Positions 24,101 through 35,159 of a stretch of DNA of 64,000 bases are shown here, in pieces. A program made the position numbers and the translations under genes. The notes beneath the pieces are model-generated. The model did not search any database, had not been told where the DNA came from, and was given only the letters and a program-made list of their open reading frames with translations. The first letter of the stretch is position 1. Every line of letters begins with the position of its first letter. Source of the stretch: Amphiscolops sp. MND2022 (taxonomy: Eukaryota); assembly GCA_964187785.1 (NCBI GenBank), contig OZ076409.1:96536001-96600000 (forward strand). The letters run 5' to 3'.

Positions 24101-26349
24101 TGGTCAGCATCATTGGCCACGATGCCGATATCGTCCACATACTGGGCACACTAATCCGCTTTTATGACTTTGTCGAGGTATTCCCTCATGAAGCTTGAGA
24201 ATGCGGATAGTGACCGACTAAGGCTTTGTGCTAGACGTCTGTAGGCGAATGTGCGACTGGCAAAATTGAAAGCCAACATTTCGATTGAACGTCGGTCGGC
24301 CATTGGTAGGCAATGATATGCCTGCGAACAGTCTAATTTGCAGAACAGTTTTTTGCCTGCCAAGTGTTGGGCGGCATCAACTAGTGTACTGACGGGATGA
24401 TTATTGTTGATATAATCATCCGAGATGAGGTCGTTGATTTTTCTCAAGTCAACCAAGAGTCGGAGTTTCCCATTCGGTTTCTTTTGTGCGAATATTGGGC
24501 TCGCATATTTCGAAAATGGCAGTGTAGTTATTATGCCATATTTGTGTAACATGGCTGATTCAACTAGGATGTCCTCCTTCAAGTTGATGGGAGCTGGAAG
24601 GCTTTGACTATAGGCTGGGGAATCGTCCTTAGCCGTCAATTTCACCTTGAATTCCTCGTTCTTGCCTATAACAAATCGGTGCCGTGCAAAGATGTCATGG
24701 AATTCCACTAACAATTCTTCAATTTTCTCCTTCTCTTCAGGAGTAAGGGTGGAATCTTTCCAGTCAAAGTTTTCTAAGAATTTTGCACGCGATTCCTCAT
24801 CTTTGGTGGGGTCAAGTGTCTCTAGGTCTTGTAAGGCCTGTAATTCTCGGAGGATTCGTTTTTGTATGGGTGTGTGTTCCTCAGGATTTCCAGGGTTTTC
24901 TGGAGTCGGGAACCAATAATTTTCGGAGTTTTGTGGATTTCTATTGGTCTTGATGAGACTGCTGAAATAGTGGGCTGCCTGCTCCTGGTCATTCAGCAAA
25001 AAGTGCCAGGTTGATGCCGGATCTACCGGTTTAACATACTTCATCTGCTCTGGCGTCATGACGGAGAAATTGGCAATATGAAGTCCCTTTTTGAGTTTAT
25101 AAGGGTGGTCTGTGAAGTTGTTCACTGGTATCAATATATTGCCGTCATTCAGAGTGACCAAAGCTGGGCAAAATGTGATGTCGCCTTCTTCGTGGAGAAG
25201 GTCGCTCGGTTGTAGTATCCCGTTGACAGTATTCTCAGGGTACAATAGGGAATTGGTCCTAATTAAGACTCTATCGTTTGGCGGAATGGTTATTTCGGTG
25301 GGGTTGAGGATTGGTTCAAGTACATTTGAATACTTATGGTCAGCTGTTTTGAGCTGCATTGAAAAGAACGGGAGATTCAAAATTCCTTGTCTCATGTCCA
25401 GTACTGTATGATTTCGTTGAAGGAACATTAGTCCAATGATCGGTCCCGTTAGATTCTCCATTACTATGAAGATTTCATGGAACTCAATGTCACCAACCTC
25501 AAATTTGAGCTCTATGGTACTCTTGGGAGTTTCCAATTGGCCATTTGCGACCATTATTTGAAAATTCGGAGGCGGACCTTCCCGGACAACTGACTGTGGT
25601 GATAGAAGTCGGATTTTCCGGAGGTCCATTTCGGGGATTGCGCTGGAAAGTGCTCCAGTGTCAATTAGGCCGTCTATGGTTAATTCCCCAAAGTCCATCG
25701 GGAAATACAACATTCGCTTCTTGCATTTGAGGTTGATACTGGTCGAAAGTGGTATACAGTCTGGTTCACCCTCTTTGGTAATGAGGATATTTTGGAATTG
25801 TTTCTCGTCCAATAGTGATTGTGGAAATGGTTCCGTACTGGCTTCGTTAGTTTCGGTTCCCAAGGGGTTCGGGAATACTGGATGGTTAGTACCATCATTC
25901 ATTCGCCAGTTTTCGATTAGTGCTCTGGTTTTCTTGTTATGGGTTATTGGAGGGTTTTCGTGGACTGTGATTTGGTAATGGGCTATATCATCCAGGACGT
26001 ATTGGAATTGTAGTAGGTCCTGGTTTTAAATCTCAATGTCCCAATAGGGATCTCTGCCGTAATCTGGGTCGATGTACGTTGGGTTGTAATCATCGATCAA
26101 GGGAATGGGCCTGAATCGGGTTGTACAGGTGGTTGTGTAGTCAGGATCCCAAACAGGAATTGAGTTTTGGAACAGATGGGTATTATTATAGGTAATAACG
26201 ATGGCCTTCTCCATCTGCTGCTGCCAGACAACAGAGGGGTAACCCATCAATTGTTGTTGATATTCATGGAAAGTTTTTGTTGGATGATCCGACCTGATAT
26301 ATTGACGGACGGATATTAGTTGGTTGTGTTGGAGTCGTGGCGAAGTTAG
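21147..26349 (-). pseudogene. pol: Element A pol (protease, dUTPase-like spacer, RT, RNase H, integrase), with stops and frameshifts
   Basis: LIDTGA; YASPIF..LRLLVDLR; YVDD after the stop at 24151; TDAS..YAKEFLA; integrase HHCC, QIDLL, TDKG, KLERTH. Confidence 0.95.
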
Positions 26350-28058
26350 TTTTTTGACTCATCTTTGTTTGATGAGGATTGGGTATTGGAGGACATTGGT
26401 TTGTTGTGGGCTTTAGGTGCCTTAGAGTCAGGGTCAGTGTCTGAAGAGTCTTCAGGCCTGGTACGTTTGGGTTTCAAGTGAGCACCTGCTCCCTGCCAAC
26501 ATCTCTCCTCTGGAAGGTTTTTCTTGCCACAAGTCCCGCACTTAGGGTACGTTTTCTTCTCTCTCGATTTGCCTTGTTGGGCATCTTTCTCTTTCTTCTT
26601 TTTGAGTTTTTCACAGTCTTTGACCATGTGGCCCTTTTCATTGCAAAAGTTGCAAGTTATGTCCGACATTTGCCCAGTGGAAAGAGGGGTTTTAGTCTTA
26701 GAAGATGAGGAAGTCATTGTTGCCATAGGTAGGTCGTCTGACTCCTCGAGGGCGTTAAGCTCTAATTCCCTCTCCAAATGAGCAACTATTTCGTCGTATG
26801 AGCCATTTTCTAATCTGGCAATGTTGACTGATCGCTTGAGCTTTGGAGGCAGTTTTGCGTACAATAGACTGTCAATCATTTTTTGTGCATGGTCGCCAAA
26901 TGCTTTTTCTGCCCCTTGATTGAGTTCCTCAAGGAAATCCGGTAACTTCATCGTTTTGGGATCAAAGACCAAGCGGTGCCATTTATGCTTGGCAGTCGCT
27001 TGTGACTCGGGTTTGACGTATTTCCGTCGGAAAATGACTAAGACGTCTTCAAGAGTCTGTCAATTGGTCGAGTTATTATTTCTGAACGTCTGAAGAGCAT
27101 TCTTCCTCAGGAGCGAATGAAAATGATTAATTTTCATCTGTTCAGTCATTTCTGGCTGCATCTTGATCATGGTATGAAACAGATCTTCGAACAGCTCAAT
27201 TTTCTCACTTTTGCCATCAAAGGTCATGGTATTTGAGTTGACCGGGCGTATGATGAGTTGTTGGGCTGCTGGTCGATTCTGCATATTCGTCAAGACGTCT
27301 GCCAGTGTGGTAATTGGATCAGGTTCAACAACCGTGGCGGGTCTTTCTTCTGCTGGGATCGTCGTGTCAAGGTTGATGTCCTCGTAGGACTGATCAAGAT
27401 GGTTTCGTGATAGAATCCGTCCCGTGAGAAACTCAGGAATTTGATTTGGAGATTCGTTGTCTCCTGTCACCATGTCGTAAGCATTAGAGTCAACTATACC
27501 ATCATTTTGGCGGTTACAATTAGGCTTACTAGCTGAACTGTCTTTAGGGTTAATATTTTGCAGTCCTTCGGAGTTTCCTTCCGGTCTCTCGGACGGAACG
27601 TTCCATCTATTCTGAGTCGAGTGTCCCGATCCGGCACTTAGAGCTGATTGAATCTGAGGCAATATCTGATTGCTAATTGCGTCACTAATCGCCCTTTGAA
27701 ACTGGGAATTGACACTACACATCATATCATCTAACTCTCTCGACAGTCTCGAATTCAACTCGCTTGACAACTTGTTAATCTCAGCACTAGAATTACCTCC
27801 AGTTGAGATCCGGCCGTAATCGGCATTATTACCAGGGCCTATGTCTCTTGTGGCTGAGTACCTATTTTCACCATTGTTCTCTAATTCATCTGCAGAAGTA
27901 CTGTCAGGCCTTCTGCCAAAATTGCTGCTAACACTTTCATCTCTCTCATTTCTATTGAAATGGTTTTCCCCTAACATAATATCGAGGTTTTCTATGTCAG
28001 ACAGCATTTCTATTCCTCTTGACTTCCTAGCCTTCTTTTGTCTTCTTGTAGTAGGCAT
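26346..28058 (-). pseudogene. gag: Element A gag, starting inside the 5' LTR, one internal TGA (27060-27062)
   Basis: Colinear with the intact B gag (N*QTLED vs NRQTLED); CCHC knuckle CNFCNEKGHMVKDC. Confidence 0.92.
27461..27472 (-). promoter_or_regulatory. Element A PBS (12 nt, tRNA-Leu-like)
   Basis: TGGTGACAGGAG directly abuts the LTR CA and is identical to the first 12 nt of the PBS of element C. Confidence 0.8.
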
Positions 28059-29212
28059 TAGGAATTCGAGGTTGACTAATTTATTGGTGGTCTAGGTTTG
28101 CAATCTATAAGAGCGGAACAAACTAAGTTTGAGTATCATAAAGACAACATGTGTCCACCTCTCGGAGCGGGTGGGTATATATACTCCCGAGAGAATGGAA
28201 TTTACATATTTTGATACAATACCCGCAATTTACAAATTCCTCAAGTCACAAGGTTAAGGCACAATGCTGATTAGAACGAGGCGGTTAGCACCTTATCAAA
28301 GAACTCTAGGAATTCATACTTGTTAGGGTCACGAAATTTTATCCTTCCATTTGAAAACATCAACAATATTACTATACGTCATGATAGTTGAGTAGCATCG
28401 GCAACAAACATCAAACAAATAACATAACACAACTATCTAAGGAATGTTCATCACGGAATGCTGTCACGTGCCTGCGAGTGCCGGCCGTTGCAACAAACGA
28501 GTAGCTTTAGCGTAAATCATGAAACAAAACACAACATGTCCTAAATCGGCCATTGGACTTTAATTCATTCAGAGTGAATGGCCTAGTTAGTCCAAAAGAC
28601 TGGTACTAAGAAATGGGCTGGTATGGGGGTACTGATTATTTCAAAGAACGTAAAAACACTAATTATTAACTTCAGGTGTAAATAGAGAGCTTACATGACC
28701 ATTGAGCACTACAACATTATTAATACAATAAGCTGCAACAATGATTAAAGAAATAGCCTAATCCGGCCATCTGCCTAGTATTCCAACTAATTAATGCGCC
28801 ATTAGGACAAACGGCCATAACCTGCCAATTGATTGAAGCAGTATTGCATCATGAAATACTTGAATATGATTGGTTGGTACATTAGGCTCAAGTGACGCTC
28901 TCGGACTGAAAGCTACGTACACTCGAACTCGTTTCCTTTAAGCCGTTTAGTAGCTTGCGTTGAACTATAATTTACATTGAGCATTGTTATTTTACAACTT
29001 GCAACTTCACTTGTCTAATGTATTATTAACAGACTAATACACATTGTATCATAATGAAAAATGTAGTTGATCTAAGCAAACATAAATATTGAGAGTAAGT
29101 TTTAGGGTTTAACGTAAACCTGTTCAAAACGTGGGTAGGGTTCCGGGTATAATCTCTTGACTGGCTGCTGAAGTCGTTATTAGAGTGCCATCACAGGCGG
29201 CAGCCTGCGACA
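27473..29212 (-). repeat. Element A 5' LTR
   Basis: Direct repeat of 13215-14953; TATATATA at 28176-28183 and minus-strand AATAAA at 28080-28085. Confidence 0.95.
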
Positions 29213-29410
29213 ATATTTCATCATTTTGACATAAATGAGATTTCTCTCGGGTTTTAAACATTTTTATTATTCGTTTGATTATTGCTGTGGGGTTTCTATT
29301 GTGTTTCTAAGTAGGTCATTTTTCTTCGAAACTGCACATATCTGCAAAGATCTGCAAAAATCCTGCAGATCTGCACAGATTCGCAAAGATCGAAAACATG
29401 GGTTGTTGTT
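29213..29410. mobile_element. Right part of the TIR/MITE-like element interrupted by A
   Basis: Inverted match to 12555-12610. Confidence 0.65.
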
Positions 29411-30195
29411 CACAAGGTTCCCGAGCTCACCAAGCAATAAAGCGTGGTACCTCGATCCACTGTACTCCGCTTCGTCGAAACTCACAAAAAATGCTTCCAA
29501 TTTTGACAGAATTTTTTTTTGATTTTCTTGTTTCGTTAAGTAAGCTGCCTCCGAATAGTTTGTCAGCCACGTTGTCGAGCAAGGAACGGAACGCTGGAAA
29601 GTAAGGGTTTCAAATTTTCATTCAAACATTTTCCACGCCAATATCAGCATTGAAATGGTCCGTAACATTATTGATTTTGCCGCACTAAAAAGCGCTGGTA
29701 CAGTAACTGTATAAAGTGTACAGTTTGTTGTTTTCTTGTTTTCTAATCTTCACGAAATTGTGTTGTGATACTGCATTTCATGCAGCAGCGAGAGGTTCCG
29801 ATTTAGGCATGTTTTGGAAGTGATGTAAGTTATTAATACATTTATTATTGAAAAATGTGTTTAAAGAATTCTGCAGGTGATAGCTATGAGGCCATGAGAA
29901 CGGAATGAACATTCACGCTGCACGCTGCAAGTTACGCTGCAACTTACACATTGCAAGTGTGTATCCTTGCACAAAAAGGGTTAGCTTTATCCTGTTTGCG
30001 TAAGGGTCGATTTCGGTGCAATCGGCGAATAACCCTTCGAATAGGTACTTAATGCCTTTTCAGCACTTGCCGAAAATTAATTTTCCTAGTGATGACTTCC
30101 GGGTACAGGGTGAAGAATGTTATCTACCAAAAATGCAGAAACTGTCGTGAATGACAAGAACAATAGCGAAAGCGATTGAATTTATCGAAATCATT

Positions 30196-30974
30196 TTTAA
30201 CAACCGTGAATAGATGTTAAATCTATGACTAGAGTTCCTTTTTGTTTCCTATTTCAATCGGATGCGAGGACGGTTGTTTTAAATAGTTTTAAGCTAGCTT
30301 GCTATTCTGTTGTCGTTCTAGGATTGCTCAAGTTAAAACTTTCTTTTGCTTTTTAGGAAAGAATTTAAATATAAGTTCAATACGTACAAGTTAACAACTT
30401 ACATTGTTTTATCAATCTGCACAACTGTAGTTGAAGATAGCTGGTGGGGTTTAGAAGCAAGGTTGGAGTTGGGGAGATGAAGTTGAGACAAAAGTCAGAA
30501 CTTCTTTCTTCTTCGGAGTTGATTTTGTTGAATGATCAAGATTAAATTTTTGTGCTTTTCGAAAGGTTCGAACAAGTTTTTTTCATGAATTTTATCAAGG
30601 GGTAAATAATTGAGCACAGTAATTAAGATTAAATCCAAGCATGCAAGTTAACAAGTTGATACGAAGAATACGAAGAATAATTACGAGCAAGATTTAACAG
30701 TGGTTGAGTATTCAATACGTTTTAACAACATCAGTATTTAGAGGGTACAAGTTATAACAAAGTAAATGTGAGTTATGGTTTTAATTCTTGTTGAGAGTAC
30801 AAGTTATAACAATGCGAAGCTAAGTTATGAAGCAACAAGTTTTAACCAATGATTGTTCAAGAGGGGCTCTTTGCAAAGCGAGTTTTAAATTCTTGTCTGT
30901 TTTGTTTGTTTAATAAGGTACTTGAGTTTTCTTGTTGCTGTTTGTTTTATCTTGTTCTGTCGAGGCTCGTTATA
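30196..30974 (-). repeat. Element C 3' LTR
   Basis: Direct repeat of 57710-58489 (~1.5% divergent by eye); short purine tract AGGAGGAG a few nt upstream on the minus strand. Confidence 0.93.
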
Positions 30975-31027
30975 ACAGGCTCCTCCTGTGCGGAATTGTG
31001 TCCTCACAATTATACTATCTGGTCCAT

Positions 31028-32119
31028 TCAGGAATTGAATAGCAGGTATAATTGAGGATATTCTATTCGGCCTTGTTTAGCAGGGCGTCCATCGGAAGTA
31101 TTGGGCAGGCATTCGGGGCAGAACAGGCGGCGGGAAAGAAGATCTTGAAGGCCTGTAAGACCACAGTGGTCATAGACTACGCGAAGGGGAGGATGCATGA
31201 GAACCCGCTTGATGTTGGTAATGAGGGGGACGAGTCGCGCCGCATCATGTGCCAGGGGCCCAGTGAGGGTATTTTTGTCGGGGTGTATGAGGCGGAGTAA
31301 AGCGTTCGCCTGCGAAGATAAAAATGTAGTATCCGCATCAGATTTGCAACATAGGAAGTGATAGAGAGTGTCACCGGGTGTCGTTTCAGCTTCGAAATCT
31401 GTCGGTAGCGACGTTAAATGACTGAGGAGAAGTTGGATGGCGGCGTCGGGGGAAGTATTAGTCTTGCGTTTATGTTGTGATTTAAGTTCGTTGATTTCCT
31501 CAATTCGGTGGAGAGATTCTTGCAACAATTGATTATGTGTGACGCGAAGTTCCTCAAGGGTTGCTTTTAAACGTTCAGACTCTAATTGAGTATTGGCCAG
31601 GGAGCTTCTTATTGCAACAGTTTCGGCGCTGGCTTTTTCATACAGATCGAAGTAATTCATTGCTTCCTCGCGAGCTTCACAAAAGGCAGTGTTCAAATGG
31701 TCTACGCAAGAGAAGTCCGTCATAATTGAGCACAAGTCATCGAGGGCTTTATCGGTAGTGAGTTCGCATTGAATAGCGATTTCATCAGTATCGGGGTGTA
31801 CTTTTGGCGGTTCAGGGTCAGGGCAAAGGCAGTTGTTGGTAGGAAGATCTACGGCACACGTAGAGTCTGAGGTTAACGGGGGTGCAAGGCAAATTCGATG
31901 CCACGAACGACGGAAGGGGCGGTTGGTGGTGTTGATGCGCTGTAAGCGCACGGCCTGCTGGTCGGGGAGGATCTGGGTGACACGATATTGCACATCTTCT
32001 ACTAGGTATACATGGTCGCCAACACTGAGAGGGTGCACTCGTCCGGAACAAGTTTGCACAGGGAAGGGCGTGTTCTCCGGAACTCGGGTGTTGAAGAACT
32101 GGAAGGAAGACCTAAACAA
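31028..32119 (-). CDS. Element C accessory ORF: coiled coil plus C-terminal J-domain-like (DnaJ) region
   Basis: LYHFL...LLRLIHPDKN...VLMHPPLRVVYDHCG matches the J-domain pattern. The ORF opens at a poly-T/TTTAG acceptor-like site (32112-32113) rather than at an ATG. Confidence 0.7.
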   Translation of the reverse strand: MFRSSFQFFNTRVPENTPFPVQTCSGRVHPLSVGDHVYLVEDVQYRVTQILPDQQAVRLQRINTTNRPFRRSWHRICLAPPLTSDSTCAVDLPTNNCLCPDPEPPKVHPDTDEIAIQCELTTDKALDDLCSIMTDFSCVDHLNTAFCEAREEAMNYFDLYEKASAETVAIRSSLANTQLESERLKATLEELRVTHNQLLQESLHRIEEINELKSQHKRKTNTSPDAAIQLLLSHLTSLPTDFEAETTPGDTLYHFLCCKSDADTTFLSSQANALLRLIHPDKNTLTGPLAHDAARLVPLITNIKRVLMHPPLRVVYDHCGLTGLQDLLSRRLFCPECLPNTSDGRPAKQGRIEYPQLYLLFNS

Positions 32120-32446
32120 AAAAAATCATGACTAATTGTTTTTTTTCATTTAGTATAACCCTATTATTAGATAAGACATACTGAGTAGTGTAACATACGG
32201 AAACGTATGTAAGGCAGCTGAAACGTTCGGGTACGTACGAGTGCATGAATCATGAGAACGTTGGCGACTGTTGGAATGGCAAGGATACATGCCAAAGAAG
32301 GAGGACTTGGCCTCTGTGTGAACCTAGCGAGAGTCTTGACAGTGTTTGATTTCAAGTAATAAATATGCAATATTTAGTAGTGGGTGACGCGGGAACACGT
32401 ACAAAGGGGGCAGCAAGCTGCTATTGGAAATCGAGGAGTGTAAAAC

Positions 32447-32821
32447 TTAAGTAGAAGATTCAGAATATATAGGAGCGCCAACGGTTGGATAAATTCGGGG
32501 TGGTGTTTGAGGTTTGTTATGGATTGGAAGAGAGTTAGTGTTAGTATTAGTTTTAACTGAGGCATAGTTAGTTTTTAAGGTCTGGAGAGGTTCTGATTGT
32601 GTAATAGTAGCATGTGCGAGTGATTGAAGTGCGGTAAATTCCTCAAGCGAAAGATAGAGAAACGTGGAATCGATGTCAGCAGGGTTGGGAACAGAGTCGA
32701 CGATGTGGAGGAAACGACCAGAGTTTCCTCGGAAGAAACGTTGCGGATGTGCAAATAGTCGTCGCCATTGTCGTCGAAAGAGCGTAAAATTCACGCCGAA
32801 AGTAAGTAATGATAGGGTGAT
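32447..32821 (-). CDS. env: 3' part of element C env (rest of the TM helix and cytoplasmic tail)
   Basis: Removing B and one TSD copy gives in-frame ..AVCFSLVFITLSLLTFGVNFTLFRRQWRR.. Confidence 0.85.
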   Translation of the reverse strand: MTLSLLTFGVNFTLFRRQWRRLFAHPQRFFRGNSGRFLHIVDSVPNPADIDSTFLYLSLEEFTALQSLAHATITQSEPLQTLKTNYASVKTNTNTNSLPIHNKPQTPPRIYPTVGAPIYSESST

Positions 32822-34309
32822 TGTCGCGATTTTGTTCGCTATTATTAGATTCAATTGAACTCTCTCTAGACCTCAGTCTATTATTTTCCTGTGTAAAACA
32901 GGTTCTGGAACAATTTTCCCACGTTTTCTGTGAATTTCCTACTTCGGTGTTCCGTTGTAGCCCACTGGACCTTCGGTCCTTCATGGTGAAATTGGCCGAC
33001 CTAGGGCTGGGATGTAGCCCGTTGGACGCTCTGTCCACCATGGTGAAATTTGGTCTCCCCTGCATTTCTAGCGTATTTTGGATAGAAGGAAGCACTGTAT
33101 TTGTTATTGCCGCTGTTACTGCTTCCTGAATCTGGGAATTCAGACTAGTTTTGATCTCATTAAGTTTTCTAGACATTTGATTGGAAATTTCTTCATTTAT
33201 CAACCTTGTAGTCTCAATTGTGATTTCACTATTTTCTCTACTATTGGTATTAAGTAATGATCTAAAATCCTCTCCTATGGCATTCGAACTATGTTGTGGT
33301 CTACTACACCCTGAGTCCAAGTTCAGCTCATTCTCGCTAATGTTATTCTCTTCATCATCTCTAGAGTAACTCCCAAGCATTATATCAACGTTTTCTACAT
33401 CAGACATCATGTCTAATTGCCTAGAGCGTCTCTCTTTGGCCTTTTGTCTCCTCGTTGAAGGCATTGAAGGTTCAATTTAATTCAACAATGAATTATTTGA
33501 ATGAACTGGTATTTCAACAGTAACAGATTATACAAATGGTACAAATGATTGTATTTCAGCAGTACGTGAATGTTATCTAGAAGTCAGGTTACAAATGAAT
33601 GATCCCCAAGACAGTCCGTCCCTCTTATTTATAGTCTGGGGGGAGTGACGGACAAAATCCTGAGTGTCATGTTACTAATAATAGACAGAAATACTAAAAA
33701 TAGCACTTATTGCAACTGTGTCATAATGACGTAATCACATCAAAAGGTTATTGTTAGTTATGCCGACAAAATGTTAGGTAGCAACATTACATATTCGTAA
33801 CTGATATTTAATTTGCAACTTTTCATGTTCACTAAATGTAAAATACATGCTAGCATTATAATCAACCGTCGTGGACTTTAAGTCGGCACGGCCTCAATCT
33901 AATACTCCGCTGGCGGCGTAATGTACAATTGCCACCGCGGTAGACACTTGGTCCGCGGAGCTACAGTAATTAACTGCAATGTGATTGGCCAATATGTTCA
34001 GCGATTAGTGTACATTTGATTAAATGATGAGTTCATTTGAACTCGTTTCCTTCCGTATTGTGCATACGTACTTATTGCTTCTACTAATTTACTGCAATTT
34101 AAATTGAGAAAATACTACAATTTCATGATATAACAGGCACAGACTAATTAATAATCATAGCTTATTGTAATAAAATTAATGTTTGTTGTGGCTCTGTGGA
34201 CTGAGTGTCCCAAAGGTTTAAATTGGTAGAACTCCTGGTGGCGGGTTTGTGTTATCTCCTTCCACTAGGATTTGATAGTAATTGCCGTCACAGGCGGCAG
34301 CCTGCGACA
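32822..34309 (-). repeat. Element B 3' LTR
   Basis: Direct repeat of 46922-48409, about 11 differences by eye. Confidence 0.95.
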
Positions 34310-35159
34310 CTCCCCTAGGGACAAAGAGTACTGTCCCTTGGTCCATTCCGGCAAGATAAGCTTCTCGTTTCCGCAATTGTTCTGCGTACGTTTCCCCACG
34401 ATAAGTAGTAGCCTCTAAGTAGCCCAGTACTGCTGTTTCTTTTATTTGTTCGTAGCTCCGTCCACAGACGATGCAGTCACCATATACAGCAGTGTTGGGC
34501 TGTCCACAATGAGCAGCCATTCTTACACTAATACCCTGAATATGGGAGCTGAGAGGGAGAGGATGATCGTTCCATTGTTGTTGTTCTGAGAAAGGAGGGT
34601 TATTGTACGGGCCTCGCTCATGCGGTGGTGGCGAGAGCGGTGTGTCTATCTGTGGCCTTAATTGTCTGCATTGGCTGATTACAGGACTTTGGGTTCTTTG
34701 GCCCTCACTGGGACCCGCTCCCATGACCAATGGGTCTGCTTGTTCGTCAGCTGTCAGTAACAAGCTCTCGAAGTCGTCCCAAGGAAATTCCGGGAAGGCA
34801 TCGTCTGAGCAACCCGAAAGGTCGGTAGTCATCTGTCGTGTACCACCTGTCTGTTGTGTCTGCACTGGCAGTTGGCGGTAGCACGCGATCACCTCTATGT
34901 CACTATCGTCCGATGAACTGACGGTCGCTTCCACGGATTGTATATCTACATCCATTTCTTCTCCGGAGGAAAAGTAACTGGGGCTAACCGGAGGATTAAC
35001 TAGATCGTCAATAGGAAACTGCAGATTCATCTCCATTCTAAATCGTCTTAAGAGAAGTTTCTTGGCTATTTTGAAGAGAAGAAAGAAGAACTGATTTTCA
35101 AGCTTTAAGTTTGGCAGAATGATCTCCTCTCGCCCCACTGACCTTCGGTCTTTCCCCAT
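34218..35159 (-). CDS. Element B accessory ORF3 (homologue of 14865-15650; true start may be ATG 35036), ends inside the 3' LTR
   Basis: TPLSPPPHERGP, YGDCIVCGRSYEQIKE, RGE..REAY, VSQAAACDG. Confidence 0.85.
   Translation of the reverse strand: MGKDRRSVGREEIILPNLKLENQFFFLLFKIAKKLLLRRFRMEMNLQFPIDDLVNPPVSPSYFSSGEEMDVDIQSVEATVSSSDDSDIEVIACYRQLPVQTQQTGGTRQMTTDLSGCSDDAFPEFPWDDFESLLLTADEQADPLVMGAGPSEGQRTQSPVISQCRQLRPQIDTPLSPPPHERGPYNNPPFSEQQQWNDHPLPLSSHIQGISVRMAAHCGQPNTAVYGDCIVCGRSYEQIKETAVLGYLEATTYRGETYAEQLRKREAYLAGMDQGTVLFVPRGVSQAAACDGNYYQILVEGDNTNPPPGVLPI

Larger units (their letters stand above)
13215..29212 (-). mobile_element. Element A: full-length ~16.0 kb Ty3/gypsy LTR retrotransposon (coding regions partly decayed)
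   Basis: Two ~1.74 kb LTRs with TGTCG...CGACA termini and 5-bp TSD ATATT (13210-13214, 29213-29217); gag, PR-RT-RH-IN order. Confidence 0.97.

Noticed and set aside
24960..25320. Active dUTPase between protease and RT
   Set aside because: Only a fold-like pattern commonly seen in gypsy Pol spacers; canonical dUTPase motifs are not recognisable.
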